Shown: piece by piece, positions 1-8,796 of the stretch | How positions within the stretch are numbered: position 1 is the first letter of the stretch | Layout of the letters: every line of letters starts with the position of its first letter | From: Roseovarius sp. | Lineage (GTDB): Bacteria > Pseudomonadota > Alphaproteobacteria > Rhodobacterales > Rhodobacteraceae | Reading direction: 5' to 3' | Length of the DNA: 40,281 nucleotides | Assembly (NCBI GenBank): GCA_047920895.1 | Contig: JBLRXE010000001.1 | Span: 1-40,281 of the forward strand | The notes under the pieces: model-generated | What the model saw: only the letters and a program-made list of their open reading frames with translations | Told to the model about the DNA's origin: nothing | The model's database searches: none | Program-made: the position numbers and the translations under genes

Positions 1-35
1 CCTGCATTGGCAGGCTTTCGCGGGCATCCGCGTGC

Positions 36-277
36 AAACAGGGGGTGGCATCGTGCATGAACGCGTGCCACCCCCATGTTTTATTGACGATCTTGCACCC
101 TGCAGCCTGTCGTTGGGTGGTTCAGCTGCTCAAAACCCCGTTTGTGCGCAAATCACGCGTGGGGAAAGCGGGCGCTAAGCTTTCCGCAAACTCGTTCGGA
201 GCACAGATTTACTAATAAAACAGAGGGTGGCACGCGCACTGTCTCCTGCGTGCCACCCCGTGCCTCCCTGCCACCCC
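36..277. repeat. Cluster of TGCCACCCC-type direct/inverted repeats upstream of integrase (candidate integrase arm/regulatory sites)
   Basis: GGGGGTGGCA 41-50 inverted to TGCCACCCCC 66-75; GGGTGGCACGC 225-235 inverted to GCGTGCCACCC 248-258; further copies TGCCTCCC 261-268 and TGCCACCCC 269-277; AAACAG(G/A)GGGTGGCA repeated at 36-50 and 218-232. Function is inferred. Confidence 0.55.
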
Positions 278-347
278 AGGGGCTGTGTTTTGCTTGATAG
301 ACGGCCCGATTTACGCGTCATGACAGTTGTAGGAGAGAGGTTTACGG

Positions 348-1649
348 ATGGTGAACAGACAGAAACTGACAGAAGTGGTTGTGCGTGATGCAGCACCTGT
401 GGAGGGTCGAGACTACCAGATTTTTGACACCGAAGTGCGTGGCTTTGCTGTGTGCATTTATCGTGGCGGTGGCCGTGCCTTCACGCTCGATTATCGCTAT
501 GCGGGACGACAGCGCCGGATGACCTTTGGCCGTTGGCCGGAATGGTGCGTGTCGGCAGCGCGCACGCGCGCGAAAGAACTGCGACGGGATATTGATGCCG
601 GTGGGGATCCTCTGTCGAACCGCGACGCTTTGCGCCAAGCGCCCCGGGTTTCGGATCTGATCGCGCGCTATGTCGAGGTCCATCTGGTACATCTAGCCAA
701 GCTCAACGCGGCCGATCAGCGATCAATGATGGACAAGTTCATCGCACCTGCCTGGGGCAGAATGCTTGTGACCGAGGTCAGTGCCTATGATGTCGAGGTT
801 TTGTTAAACAAAGTCGCAGAGGGGCGCGCGCGGCCCTCCAAGGCCAAGCCCAATAATCGCGCACGCAAGCTGCAGGGAGCAAAACCAACGCCGGTGCGGG
901 CGAATAGAGTGGGGGATGTAGTCAGAAAGATGTTTGCCTATGCCGTCAAATGGGGCTGGCGTGAAGATAACCCTGCCATGGGTTTTCGCCGTCGGATGGA
1001 AACGCCGCGTGAGCGGTTTTTGTCGCATGAAGAAATCGCACGCCTCGCCGCCGCTCTGGATGTCGCCGAAGACACCCGTGCTGCGGACATCATCCGAATG
1101 TGTATGTTGACGGGCGCGCGCGTGGGCGAGGTGCGCCAGGCGCGTTTTGAAGACTTCAACCTCGAACACCTGTCGTGGACAAAGCCCGCAACCACAACCA
1201 AGCAGCGCCGTGTGCATCGGGTGCCAATCTCTGACCAAGCTGCGGCGATTGTGCGCCTGCGCCGTCAAGTTGTGACTGCAGGCTGCCCGTGGCTTTTTCC
1301 TGGTGATACGCTGGGCCAACCCGTGCAGGAGGTCCGGCGTTTCTGGCAGCGCATCCAAAGAGAGGCTGCAATCGAGGAAGTGCGGATCCACGACCTGCGG
1401 CACACCTTTGCTTCGCTACTGGTCAGTGGGGGCGCGTCGCTAGAAATGATCGGCAAGCTGCTTGGTCACAGCCAGATGCAGACCACCCAACGTTACGCCC
1501 ACCTTATGGACTCGCCCCTGCGTGCTGGCGTTGACGCGGTTGCCAATGCCTTTAAGCCCCAGCCTCGCCTTGCTCACACTGCACCTGGTTCTTCGGCATC
1601 TATGCCCTCGGGCAGAGGGAGCAGGTCAGTCATCGCTTCGGCCTCTTGA
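348..1649 (+). CDS. Tyrosine recombinase/integrase with N-terminal arm-DNA-binding domain (P4-like)
   Basis: 433 aa; N-terminal 'IFDTEVRGFAVCI...RQRRMTFGRWP' arm-binding pattern; catalytic signatures TGARVGE (R), HDLRH, LLGH and RYAH (Y); GGAGAGAGG RBS-like sequence upstream. Confidence 0.95.
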   Translation: MVNRQKLTEVVVRDAAPVEGRDYQIFDTEVRGFAVCIYRGGGRAFTLDYRYAGRQRRMTFGRWPEWCVSAARTRAKELRRDIDAGGDPLSNRDALRQAPRVSDLIARYVEVHLVHLAKLNAADQRSMMDKFIAPAWGRMLVTEVSAYDVEVLLNKVAEGRARPSKAKPNNRARKLQGAKPTPVRANRVGDVVRKMFAYAVKWGWREDNPAMGFRRRMETPRERFLSHEEIARLAAALDVAEDTRAADIIRMCMLTGARVGEVRQARFEDFNLEHLSWTKPATTTKQRRVHRVPISDQAAAIVRLRRQVVTAGCPWLFPGDTLGQPVQEVRRFWQRIQREAAIEEVRIHDLRHTFASLLVSGGASLEMIGKLLGHSQMQTTQRYAHLMDSPLRAGVDAVANAFKPQPRLAHTAPGSSASMPSGRGSRSVIASAS

Positions 1650-2241
1650 AATTCAACTTATCTAGAATTGGTTTGACGCGCCGTCGGATCGAGCGCTCGT
1701 CGGGGAAAGCGCCGTCGTCTGATTGTGCAGCAAACCAGTCCTGAAGTTCTCGTATCCATTCGGACTGTGAAGCGGGTAGGCCGTCCTCGAAAACCCGCCG
1801 CGTGATCTCGATATTCATTGCCGACCAGTCATAATCTCCCTCATCGCTCAGCCCAGCGCCTTCAGCGATCCGGCCGAAGAGATTGTGCGCTTCTTCGAAA
1901 AGCTGAACATCTTCGCCAAGGATCATCACGTCTCCGATCGAAACTTCTACGCCATCAGCTGGCGTAGTAATGTATAGCCACTCCGTGTCTTCTAGTTGCT
2001 TGATGCGCCGTACAATCGCTGATTGCGGCCCGGTGCCACAGCGGCGGAAGAGGGGCAAGATGTCCATTGGCTGAATTTGCACCAGTCCGCCCGCACGCGT
2101 CTCTCCGCACTCGATAGGCTGAATGCCCGTGACGATCTTTAAGGTTTCCGTTCCGGCCCAGCCGGCTATGTCCGATACTGTGCAGCCCCAGCGCGCGGCA
2201 GCTTCGTGGATGTTGTAGAAAACACGTTGTGGTAGTCCCAT
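1630..2241 (-). CDS. Conserved hypothetical protein, possible DNA-binding partner of the integrase
   Basis: ORF 1630..2283; ATG at 2241 lies 9 nt downstream of AAAGGA; N-terminal 'FYNIHEAAARWGC' resembles excisionase/AlpA-type HTH starts; 3' end overlaps the integrase 3' end convergently. Confidence 0.7.
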   Translation of the reverse strand: MGLPQRVFYNIHEAAARWGCTVSDIAGWAGTETLKIVTGIQPIECGETRAGGLVQIQPMDILPLFRRCGTGPQSAIVRRIKQLEDTEWLYITTPADGVEVSIGDVMILGEDVQLFEEAHNLFGRIAEGAGLSDEGDYDWSAMNIEITRRVFEDGLPASQSEWIRELQDWFAAQSDDGAFPDERSIRRRVKPILDKLNFKRPKR

Positions 2242-2386
2242 TGGCAGCATTCCTTTGTTTTCCACCGTTGCTGGGTTGAGCAAGGCTCAGCGCGATGAAT
2301 TCATATTGTTATGCGAGGCTTAGCTAAGATTCATGGCTTTCCGGCGGTGGCGATTCGGCCTCGACGATTGATTGTAAACTGCCTAT

Positions 2387-2405
2387 GGGGTCAGTCTCTT
2401 ACCCC
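2387..2405. promoter_or_regulatory. Inverted repeat upstream of WYL gene, candidate operator
   Basis: GGGGTCAG-tct-CTTACCCC (7/8 dyad match), 33 nt before the ATG at 2439. Confidence 0.4.
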
Positions 2406-2438
2406 TTGTTGCTGCGGCCGCAATCTAAGGCTTTACCC

Positions 2439-3431
2439 ATGTCTTTCGTCAAAGCAGAACAGCTCTACCGGATGGCTGAAATGGCCAACGCCCGCCGGCA
2501 GGGCATCTCATTGCGGCTGATCATGGAAGAATTCCAGGTTGAGGAGCGCACAGCACGCCGGATGCTGCGTAAGTTTGAAGATCTTTTCGGCGGTGTTGAA
2601 ACTTGGGACGATACTGACCGCCGCCGCTGGTGGTCGTTGCACGATGTGCCTCACATCCAGCACCGCGTACTGAGAGAGAATGAGCTGGCGGCCCTTGATT
2701 TGGCAATCCGGCGCGCTGAGCGCGATGGCGCTGGTGTCGAGGCCAAAGCGCTGGAGGCCGCACGGGATCGTCTTGTGGCATCATACTCACGCCCCATGAT
2801 GCACGGCGCAAAGAAATACTCAGAACTGCTGCTATTGGCGAACGGATTTGCATCACGGCCGGGGCCGACCAAGAAGGTGTCGGAGGAATATCTCAATCTT
2901 CTGTTCGTCGCGCTTCGCAGACCAACGCTGTTGAGGATCGTTTACCAGGGCGCCCATGACCCAGAGCCGCGCGAACGCCTGGTCGAGCCGTACGCCGTGA
3001 TCGTTGGCACCCGGCATTATCTTATTGCCCGCAAAACTGATGGTGGCCGGGAATACCGGCAGTTTCGCTTTGACCGTATCTTCGATATGCATGCCACTGT
3101 TCAGCCTTTTGAGCGTGACCCTGATTTTGATGTTGAGCGCTACAGCGCGCAAGCTTTTGGGTCGTTCTTTTCTGACGCGGAGTATGGACCGGTGCGCTGG
3201 CTTTTCTCGCCCAGCGCAGCGGCAGCTGCCCGTGAATTCATGTTTCATCCAACACAGCAGCTGACGGATCTCGATGATGGCAGTCTGCTTGTTGCGTTCA
3301 CCGCTGGTGGCTGGCTTGAGATGGCTTGGCACCTAGTGAAATGGGGCAATGCTGTCGAGGTGCTGGACCCGCCGGAGCTCAAGGATATGCTAGAACGGGT
3401 ACGACGCGGGGAAGTGGATATCTGGCCGTGA
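2439..3431 (+). CDS. WYL-domain transcriptional regulator (wHTH-WYL-WCX)
   Basis: N-terminal HTH 'EEFQVEERTARRML'; WYL core 'RLVEPYAV...HYLIA...RQFRFDRI'; C-terminal 'WGNAVEVLDPPELK'. Start placed at MSFVK (2439) within ORF 2385..3431. Confidence 0.92.
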   Translation: MSFVKAEQLYRMAEMANARRQGISLRLIMEEFQVEERTARRMLRKFEDLFGGVETWDDTDRRRWWSLHDVPHIQHRVLRENELAALDLAIRRAERDGAGVEAKALEAARDRLVASYSRPMMHGAKKYSELLLLANGFASRPGPTKKVSEEYLNLLFVALRRPTLLRIVYQGAHDPEPRERLVEPYAVIVGTRHYLIARKTDGGREYRQFRFDRIFDMHATVQPFERDPDFDVERYSAQAFGSFFSDAEYGPVRWLFSPSAAAAAREFMFHPTQQLTDLDDGSLLVAFTAGGWLEMAWHLVKWGNAVEVLDPPELKDMLERVRRGEVDIWP

Positions 3432-3821
3432 CGTCGTGAAGGGCGGAAAGTTGACTGTAAGGTTGCGGCATTGCATGCGCAGAAAAGTGCCAAAGCGGAC
3501 AGTCGCCACACGAAACTTTACCGACGCAACCCTTAAATCCAAGCACTGTAAAGTAGCTGGCACTGGCTTCATTTGGGGCTGCATGCAATGGTAAATCGCG
3601 GCACGCTTCTTGGAACAAATTGCTAATAAACCTTGCGTGAGAAAAACGCCAAATGCTGAGGGGCGCGGTTTCACCATGTTTGATTGGGTTTTTTAGCTCG
3701 GCGTTCCATGCAAGTTTAACGAAAAGCATAAAATCTGTCGCTAAATAGTACTCCTAGCACCGATCGCGGTCATCATAATTGGAGCTCAGAGGGGCGGATC
3801 AGGTATTGTCGGCCTCTGTCT

Positions 3822-4850
3822 TCAGGTTTTCACCGTTCCCAAAGCGGGTAGGGAGCCCCGTTCGATGAGCGTGTGGGGAATATGCTCTCCGGCTCTCTGA
3901 TTGGGGGTATCCATGATCGAAATCAGTATTTCACAGGCGCGTTGACCCATCAATTCGGGATTGAGGTCAAGGGCCGTCAGGCCTGGTATTGTCGATGCCG
4001 CCGCAATACTGTCCGTCCCCGCGGAGACCATCAAGTCTTCTGGCACTCTGATCTCGGAAGCGTGGGCGGCGAGCAGGACGCCCGTCGCGTGCCGGTCGGT
4101 GCTGCAATGGATTGCATCAGGACGATCGGCGGAAGAAAGGACGGCTCGCGCCAGAAAGAACCCTTCAGATTCTCGAAGCGCATCGCCCACCCGGTGGATG
4201 ATTTCGGGGCGGTTGTGCCGTCTCACCCAGGCGCGATAGCCTTCGACTGAATCATAATTGTAGGATACGAGGGGCGTTGAGGCGAACAGCGCGATCCTTT
4301 GGGCGCCGCGGCTCGCGAATAGGTCGAGCATTTCAGCTGTCGCTTTGGTGAGATCATTATCGACCCAGTTGCCCTGCGTGGGTGGCTGCGAGAGATCCCG
4401 GCCCGTTGTCACGATCGGCACGCCGGAATCGCGCAGGCTTTCCAGCAACTGGTTTCCGGGCATCGGGTCGACAAAGATAACGCCGTCAACGTCAAAGCGG
4501 CCCGTGGGCGTTTTTGGCGGAACCGCCAGCAGGGTGCTGAACCCCTGTGTCGCAGAATATTCGGTGATGGCGCTGAGCATTCGAACGAAGAATGCGAGGT
4601 CTGTCAGCGAGGTGTTCCCAAGAGCATCCTGCGAGTGGAGGACAGCTATCCGCCCAACGCGCCCGCCGCGCAACCCGCGTGCCATGGAGCTGGCGCGGTA
4701 GTCGAGTTGCCGGGCAATCGATTGTACCCTCTCTGCCGTGGACGGATCGATCCGTCCCTTACCGTTGAGTACATGGGACACTGTCGTGACCGAAACGCCA
4801 GCTGCAGCTGCTACATCGCGGATAGTTGCTCTCTTGGGTCTTTGGGTCAT
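3822..4850 (-). CDS. LacI-family transcriptional regulator
   Basis: 'ATIRDVAAAAGVSVTTVSHVLN' LacI HTH; hinge 'ARGL'; C-terminal 'IRVPEDL' and 'LIERGS'. Confidence 0.95.
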   Translation of the reverse strand: MTQRPKRATIRDVAAAAGVSVTTVSHVLNGKGRIDPSTAERVQSIARQLDYRASSMARGLRGGRVGRIAVLHSQDALGNTSLTDLAFFVRMLSAITEYSATQGFSTLLAVPPKTPTGRFDVDGVIFVDPMPGNQLLESLRDSGVPIVTTGRDLSQPPTQGNWVDNDLTKATAEMLDLFASRGAQRIALFASTPLVSYNYDSVEGYRAWVRRHNRPEIIHRVGDALRESEGFFLARAVLSSADRPDAIHCSTDRHATGVLLAAHASEIRVPEDLMVSAGTDSIAAASTIPGLTALDLNPELMGQRACEILISIMDTPNQRAGEHIPHTLIERGSLPALGTVKT

Positions 4851-5076
4851 TCAGCACGTCCGTTTACAGGGTGCCTTTGTAGCTTGCTCGAGTTGAAAAG
4901 GTCCAGAGCGCGTTCCATTTTTGGGGCGTGGCCGGTCAATCGGGTCAGATCTAGGGGAATGCTGGGAATTCCGGCCCTGGAAGCTTGCTCACATCCAAGG
5001 GCGCGGGCTGCGGCGGCCGGTGCGCCGAATATTTGGGCATTATCCCGATAATGCCCCAAAGCCCTGCATCCTTTCG

Positions 5077-5106
5077 TTGACAAAACGTTTAATCAGCCCT
5101 TAGCCT
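5077..5106 (+). promoter_or_regulatory. Sigma70-type promoter overlapped by LacI-type operator
   Basis: TTGACA (5077-5082), 18 nt spacer, TAGCCT (5101-5106); dyad AAACGTTT directly after the -35 box; near-identical arrangement at 11202-11231. Confidence 0.6.
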
Positions 5107-5220
5107 GAGTCGATGAGGCTCGGAATATCTAGGTGCGCGAACGCTAAACCAGTGCCAGATATCTCAAGCGAAAAAGGATATTACATTACCATATCATAAT
5201 CTTGCGAAAGGGACGCTGCA

Positions 5221-6432
5221 ATGTCGATGCCGAAAGCAAAACTGCTTCTAAACTCTCTGGTGCTTGCTGGACTGGGGTCCGCTGCAATCGCAGAGCAACC
5301 GCCACGGATTGAAATTGGTGCGCCGATTCCGATCACGGGGCCCTATGCGGTAGATGGTCAAGTCATGCAGCAAGCGATCGAGCTTGCGGTCGACCAGTTG
5401 AATGCCGCCGGCGGTGTGAACGGGAGCGAAGTTGGCGTGCGGGTCTTTGATATCGGTGACCTGACGCCGGACAAGCTGCAGGCAGCAGCATCCGAGCTTC
5501 TGGATCGGCAGGGAGTCTCTGTTTTGATTAACGGCTACGGTGGAATGGGGCCTGACATTCCGGCCTTCTGCAATCGGGACCAACCCTACCTGAACAATAA
5601 CGCGACCTCGGCTGTAGTGGATCTGACGATGCGGCTTGGCTGCACTAATATCTTTATGGCTGCGGATGTGGACCAGAGCTATGGGCGCAAGACGTTCGAG
5701 CAGATCATGGCCCTGGGCATGGATTTCAGCGACCAGCGGATCGCCATCCTGCACGGGCCCTATGACTGGGAGGTCGGCTTCACCGACAGTGTTGAACAGG
5801 AGGCAATATCCGCGGGCTGGTCCGTTGTCTTGAAGGAAGAAGTTCCATACGATACGACGCAATGGTCGGCGACGATGCAGAAGTTGCGGATGGGGCAGCC
5901 GGATCTCATCATTTTCGAATCCCTCGACCCCGTCTCTGCCAGCACTTTTCTGGAGCAGTTCCGTAGAACGCCAATTAGCGGCGCGGCGGTCTATGCCGGA
6001 TATCTGATGTCTACGCCCGCGCTGGGGTCCATGATCGCTGCTGGGGATCTGAATGGGGTGCTGGGCATGACCCTGTCGGCGCATCGGCCGGGCGACGAGG
6101 GGGCGGAATTTGCCGATCTGTGGCGAGCTAAGTTTGATGAGGAGCCGCCGTTCAGCATTGCGGCACAGGTCTTTGACGAAGTGATGCTTTGGGCCGATGC
6201 GGCGACCCGTGCGGACGATGCGACGGATTTCGCCCGGGTCAAAGAAGAGCTAGCCAATAGCAGCTTCGAAGGCCTGACTGGCACGCTGACCTTCAACGAG
6301 CAGTTCTTCGTTCCCGTCGGGGATGCGACCCAGCCGTCGCAACTTGTGCAGGTGATCGATGGATCGGTCGTTCGGCTGATGGTCGGCAGCGAGAAGGTCG
6401 GCGAATTTGTGCCTCCGGCATGGATGGAATGA
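5221..6432 (+). CDS. ABC transporter substrate-binding protein (branched-chain amino acid/HAAT family)
   Basis: Signal peptide; 'IGAPIPITGPYA', 'LNAAGGVNG', 'FEGLTGTLTF'; first gene of a LivG/F/H/M-like operon. Confidence 0.9.
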   Translation: MSMPKAKLLLNSLVLAGLGSAAIAEQPPRIEIGAPIPITGPYAVDGQVMQQAIELAVDQLNAAGGVNGSEVGVRVFDIGDLTPDKLQAAASELLDRQGVSVLINGYGGMGPDIPAFCNRDQPYLNNNATSAVVDLTMRLGCTNIFMAADVDQSYGRKTFEQIMALGMDFSDQRIAILHGPYDWEVGFTDSVEQEAISAGWSVVLKEEVPYDTTQWSATMQKLRMGQPDLIIFESLDPVSASTFLEQFRRTPISGAAVYAGYLMSTPALGSMIAAGDLNGVLGMTLSAHRPGDEGAEFADLWRAKFDEEPPFSIAAQVFDEVMLWADAATRADDATDFARVKEELANSSFEGLTGTLTFNEQFFVPVGDATQPSQLVQVIDGSVVRLMVGSEKVGEFVPPAWME

Positions 6433-6524
6433 GCCGACGGCTTCTCGATCTTGACTGACATGGGGTGTGTGGACTGTCCGGGGCCAGGATCGGCCCCGGG
6501 TCTGACAACGTGGAGAATTACAGC

Positions 6525-7259
6525 ATGCTGTTCACGGTAGAGCGTGTAAGCAAGCGATTTGGCCAGTTCGAGGCTCTTAAAGAGGTCAGCTTCGAGGTCG
6601 ATCAGGGGGGTATTCTCGGGATTGCCGGGCCGAACGGAGCGGGGAAGAGCACGTTGTTGAATGTCTGCTCGGGCACATTGAAGCCCTCGGGGGGAACCAT
6701 CATACTTGCCGGGCAAAGAACTGATGGTTTGCCGTTGCGACGCATGGCCGAAGCCGGATTGGCACGCACATTTCAGATCCCGCAAGTGTTCGGATCAGTG
6801 AATGTTGACACCAATATCTGCATCGGGGCGACTTTCGGGCGCAAGCGTGCAGCGGACGAGGTTCAGGACTGCGTCGAACGCGTCATCAATCTCCTTGACC
6901 TGCACGCCACACGCTACCGTCTGGCGGGACAGGCGGACCTGTTGACCCGAAAAATGACTATGTTGGGGGCCGCCCTTGCGACCGATCCGAAGATTGTCTT
7001 CATGGACGAGCCGTTCGGTGGGCTGAACACCGAGGAAATCCAAAGATATGTCGATCTTATCCAGCGGCTGCGGCAGGATCTTGAGCTTGCCTTCGTGATC
7101 GTGGAGCACAAAATGCGCGCACTGACAACGCTTTCAGATCGGCTGATGATCCTGAATTTTGGAGAGATGCTTTGCGAAGGCACGCCGGAGGAGGTGCTGA
7201 GCAACAAACAGGTCAATGAAATCTATCTTGGACGGAGGGAAGATAGTGCTGTTCATTGA
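6525..7259 (+). CDS. ABC transporter ATP-binding protein (LivG-like)
   Basis: Walker A GPNGAGKST, 'GLARTFQ', Walker B 'VFMDEP', 'VEH'; ATG 6525 after GGAG. Confidence 0.92.
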   Translation: MLFTVERVSKRFGQFEALKEVSFEVDQGGILGIAGPNGAGKSTLLNVCSGTLKPSGGTIILAGQRTDGLPLRRMAEAGLARTFQIPQVFGSVNVDTNICIGATFGRKRAADEVQDCVERVINLLDLHATRYRLAGQADLLTRKMTMLGAALATDPKIVFMDEPFGGLNTEEIQRYVDLIQRLRQDLELAFVIVEHKMRALTTLSDRLMILNFGEMLCEGTPEEVLSNKQVNEIYLGRREDSAVH

Positions 7260-7926
7260 ATCTCTGCATTCCGGATATGGCGATTTCAAGGTGATCCAAG
7301 ATGTCTCTTTCCGCATCGAGCGAGGACAGGCCGCGGGTATCGTCGGACCCAATGGGCATGGCAAGAGCACTCTGCTTAAGACAATCTGCGGGTTGTTAAG
7401 GCCGACCAGGGGGAGGGTAATCTTCGGTGACGAAGATATCACCGGCCTAGGGGCGGCATCGATCGCAGCGCGTGGGCTTGTCTACGTTGCCGAAGACCGC
7501 CGCCTGTTTCATGACATGAGTGTCTATGAGAACCTCAGGTTGGGGGCCTATCTGCCCAAGGCGCAGAAATATCAGTCGCGAAACCTTGAATTTGTCTATT
7601 CGCTGTTCCCGCGTCTGGCGGAGCGGTGGAACCAGCGCGCGGGCAGTCTGTCGGGTGGTGAGGCGCAGATGCTGGCCATGGGGCGGGGGTTGATGTCAGC
7701 GCCCGTCTTCATGGCCCTTGACGAGCCGTCTCTTGGGCTGTCTCCAAAACTGACCGCATCCTTGATGGACGCGATCGTGGAGATCAGCCAGACGGGCATC
7801 GACGTGCTTCTGGTCGAACAAAATCTTGATCTGATCCGCCCGCATCTCGGGCCGATCTGGTCGATCGAGGAGGGCGAGTTGTATCGTGAGACCGTCTCCA
7901 TTTCAGAAAAGGAAAGTGGGGTCTAA
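7246..7926 (+). CDS. ABC transporter ATP-binding protein (LivF-like)
   Basis: GPNGHGKST, 'LSGGE', 'LDEPSLGL', 'LVEQN'; GTG start at 7246 after GGAGG. Confidence 0.92.
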   Translation: MLFIESLHSGYGDFKVIQDVSFRIERGQAAGIVGPNGHGKSTLLKTICGLLRPTRGRVIFGDEDITGLGAASIAARGLVYVAEDRRLFHDMSVYENLRLGAYLPKAQKYQSRNLEFVYSLFPRLAERWNQRAGSLSGGEAQMLAMGRGLMSAPVFMALDEPSLGLSPKLTASLMDAIVEISQTGIDVLLVEQNLDLIRPHLGPIWSIEEGELYRETVSISEKESGV

Positions 7927-8796
7927 ATGTCGATGGCGATTTTCATATTGGTCACGGGAGTGATCACGGGGACGGTCTATGCCGTCTTTGCGGTGGGTCT
8001 TTCGCTTGTCTATGGCACTTCACGAATTCTCAACTTTGCTTACGGATCATTCTACATGATGTCCGCCTATCTGGCTTGGTATTTTTTGGTTGGGCTTGGC
8101 TTGAATTATGTTGTTTCGGCGCTGCTTTTGTTGCCCTTGCTGTTTGTGATCGGTGCGGTTGTGGACTTCGTGATCATCCGCCAGCTCCGGCGGGCCGAAA
8201 ACTGGAAGTTGGCCAGCATGATGGGGACGCTGGGTCTGGCGCTTTTTCTGGATAACGCCGCGTTGGTGGCTTTTGGCCCAGGACAGCGTAGCATTCCGCC
8301 GATTTCATCCGACGTGATGCAACTGGGCACATTGTTCATCGGCGTTCAAGAAATCGTGGTCTTCGTAATCGCCATCACCAGCATTCTTGCGCTGGAGGCC
8401 TTCCTGCGGTTCGTGCCCCTGGGCCAGGCGATGCGAGCGGTGTCGCAAGACATGCAGGGCGCCGCGATGGTTGGCATCAACGTCGACAAGGTCTTTGCCG
8501 TGGCCTTTGGGCTCTCGCTTGTTCTGGTCGGCATTGCTGCCCTGATGCTGGCGCCCATGACACTGGTTTCGCCGCTGGCGGGGTGGCCGATGTTCCTGAA
8601 GGCCTTCGTGATCGTCGTGTTCGGAGGGCTGGGGAGCGTGCATGGCGCGCTGGTCGCTGCAGTGCTGCTCGCGATCACCGAGACTGCGGTTGTCTACTAT
8701 CTCGGCGCGAGCTGGACGATGCCGATCTGGCTGTTGGTGTTGGTGGTCGTCCTCATGATCCGTCCGAAGGGACTATTTGGGGTTTGGGCAACATGA
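7927..8796 (+). CDS. ABC transporter permease (LivH-like)
   Basis: Hydrophobic; 'GLSLVYG..ILNFAYG', 'GQAMRAVSQD', 'GGLGS', 'RPKGLFG'. Confidence 0.92.
   Translation: MSMAIFILVTGVITGTVYAVFAVGLSLVYGTSRILNFAYGSFYMMSAYLAWYFLVGLGLNYVVSALLLLPLLFVIGAVVDFVIIRQLRRAENWKLASMMGTLGLALFLDNAALVAFGPGQRSIPPISSDVMQLGTLFIGVQEIVVFVIAITSILALEAFLRFVPLGQAMRAVSQDMQGAAMVGINVDKVFAVAFGLSLVLVGIAALMLAPMTLVSPLAGWPMFLKAFVIVVFGGLGSVHGALVAAVLLAITETAVVYYLGASWTMPIWLLVLVVVLMIRPKGLFGVWAT

Noticed and set aside
2439-3821. Anti-phage defence system downstream of WYL
   Set aside because: No nuclease, ATPase, methyltransferase, cyclase or RT gene follows; the next gene is a LacI regulator.
5248-6785. Long minus-strand ORFs (278 and 264 aa) and similar antisense ORFs throughout the window
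   Set aside because: Overlap well-supported genes on the opposite strand and lack family motifs.
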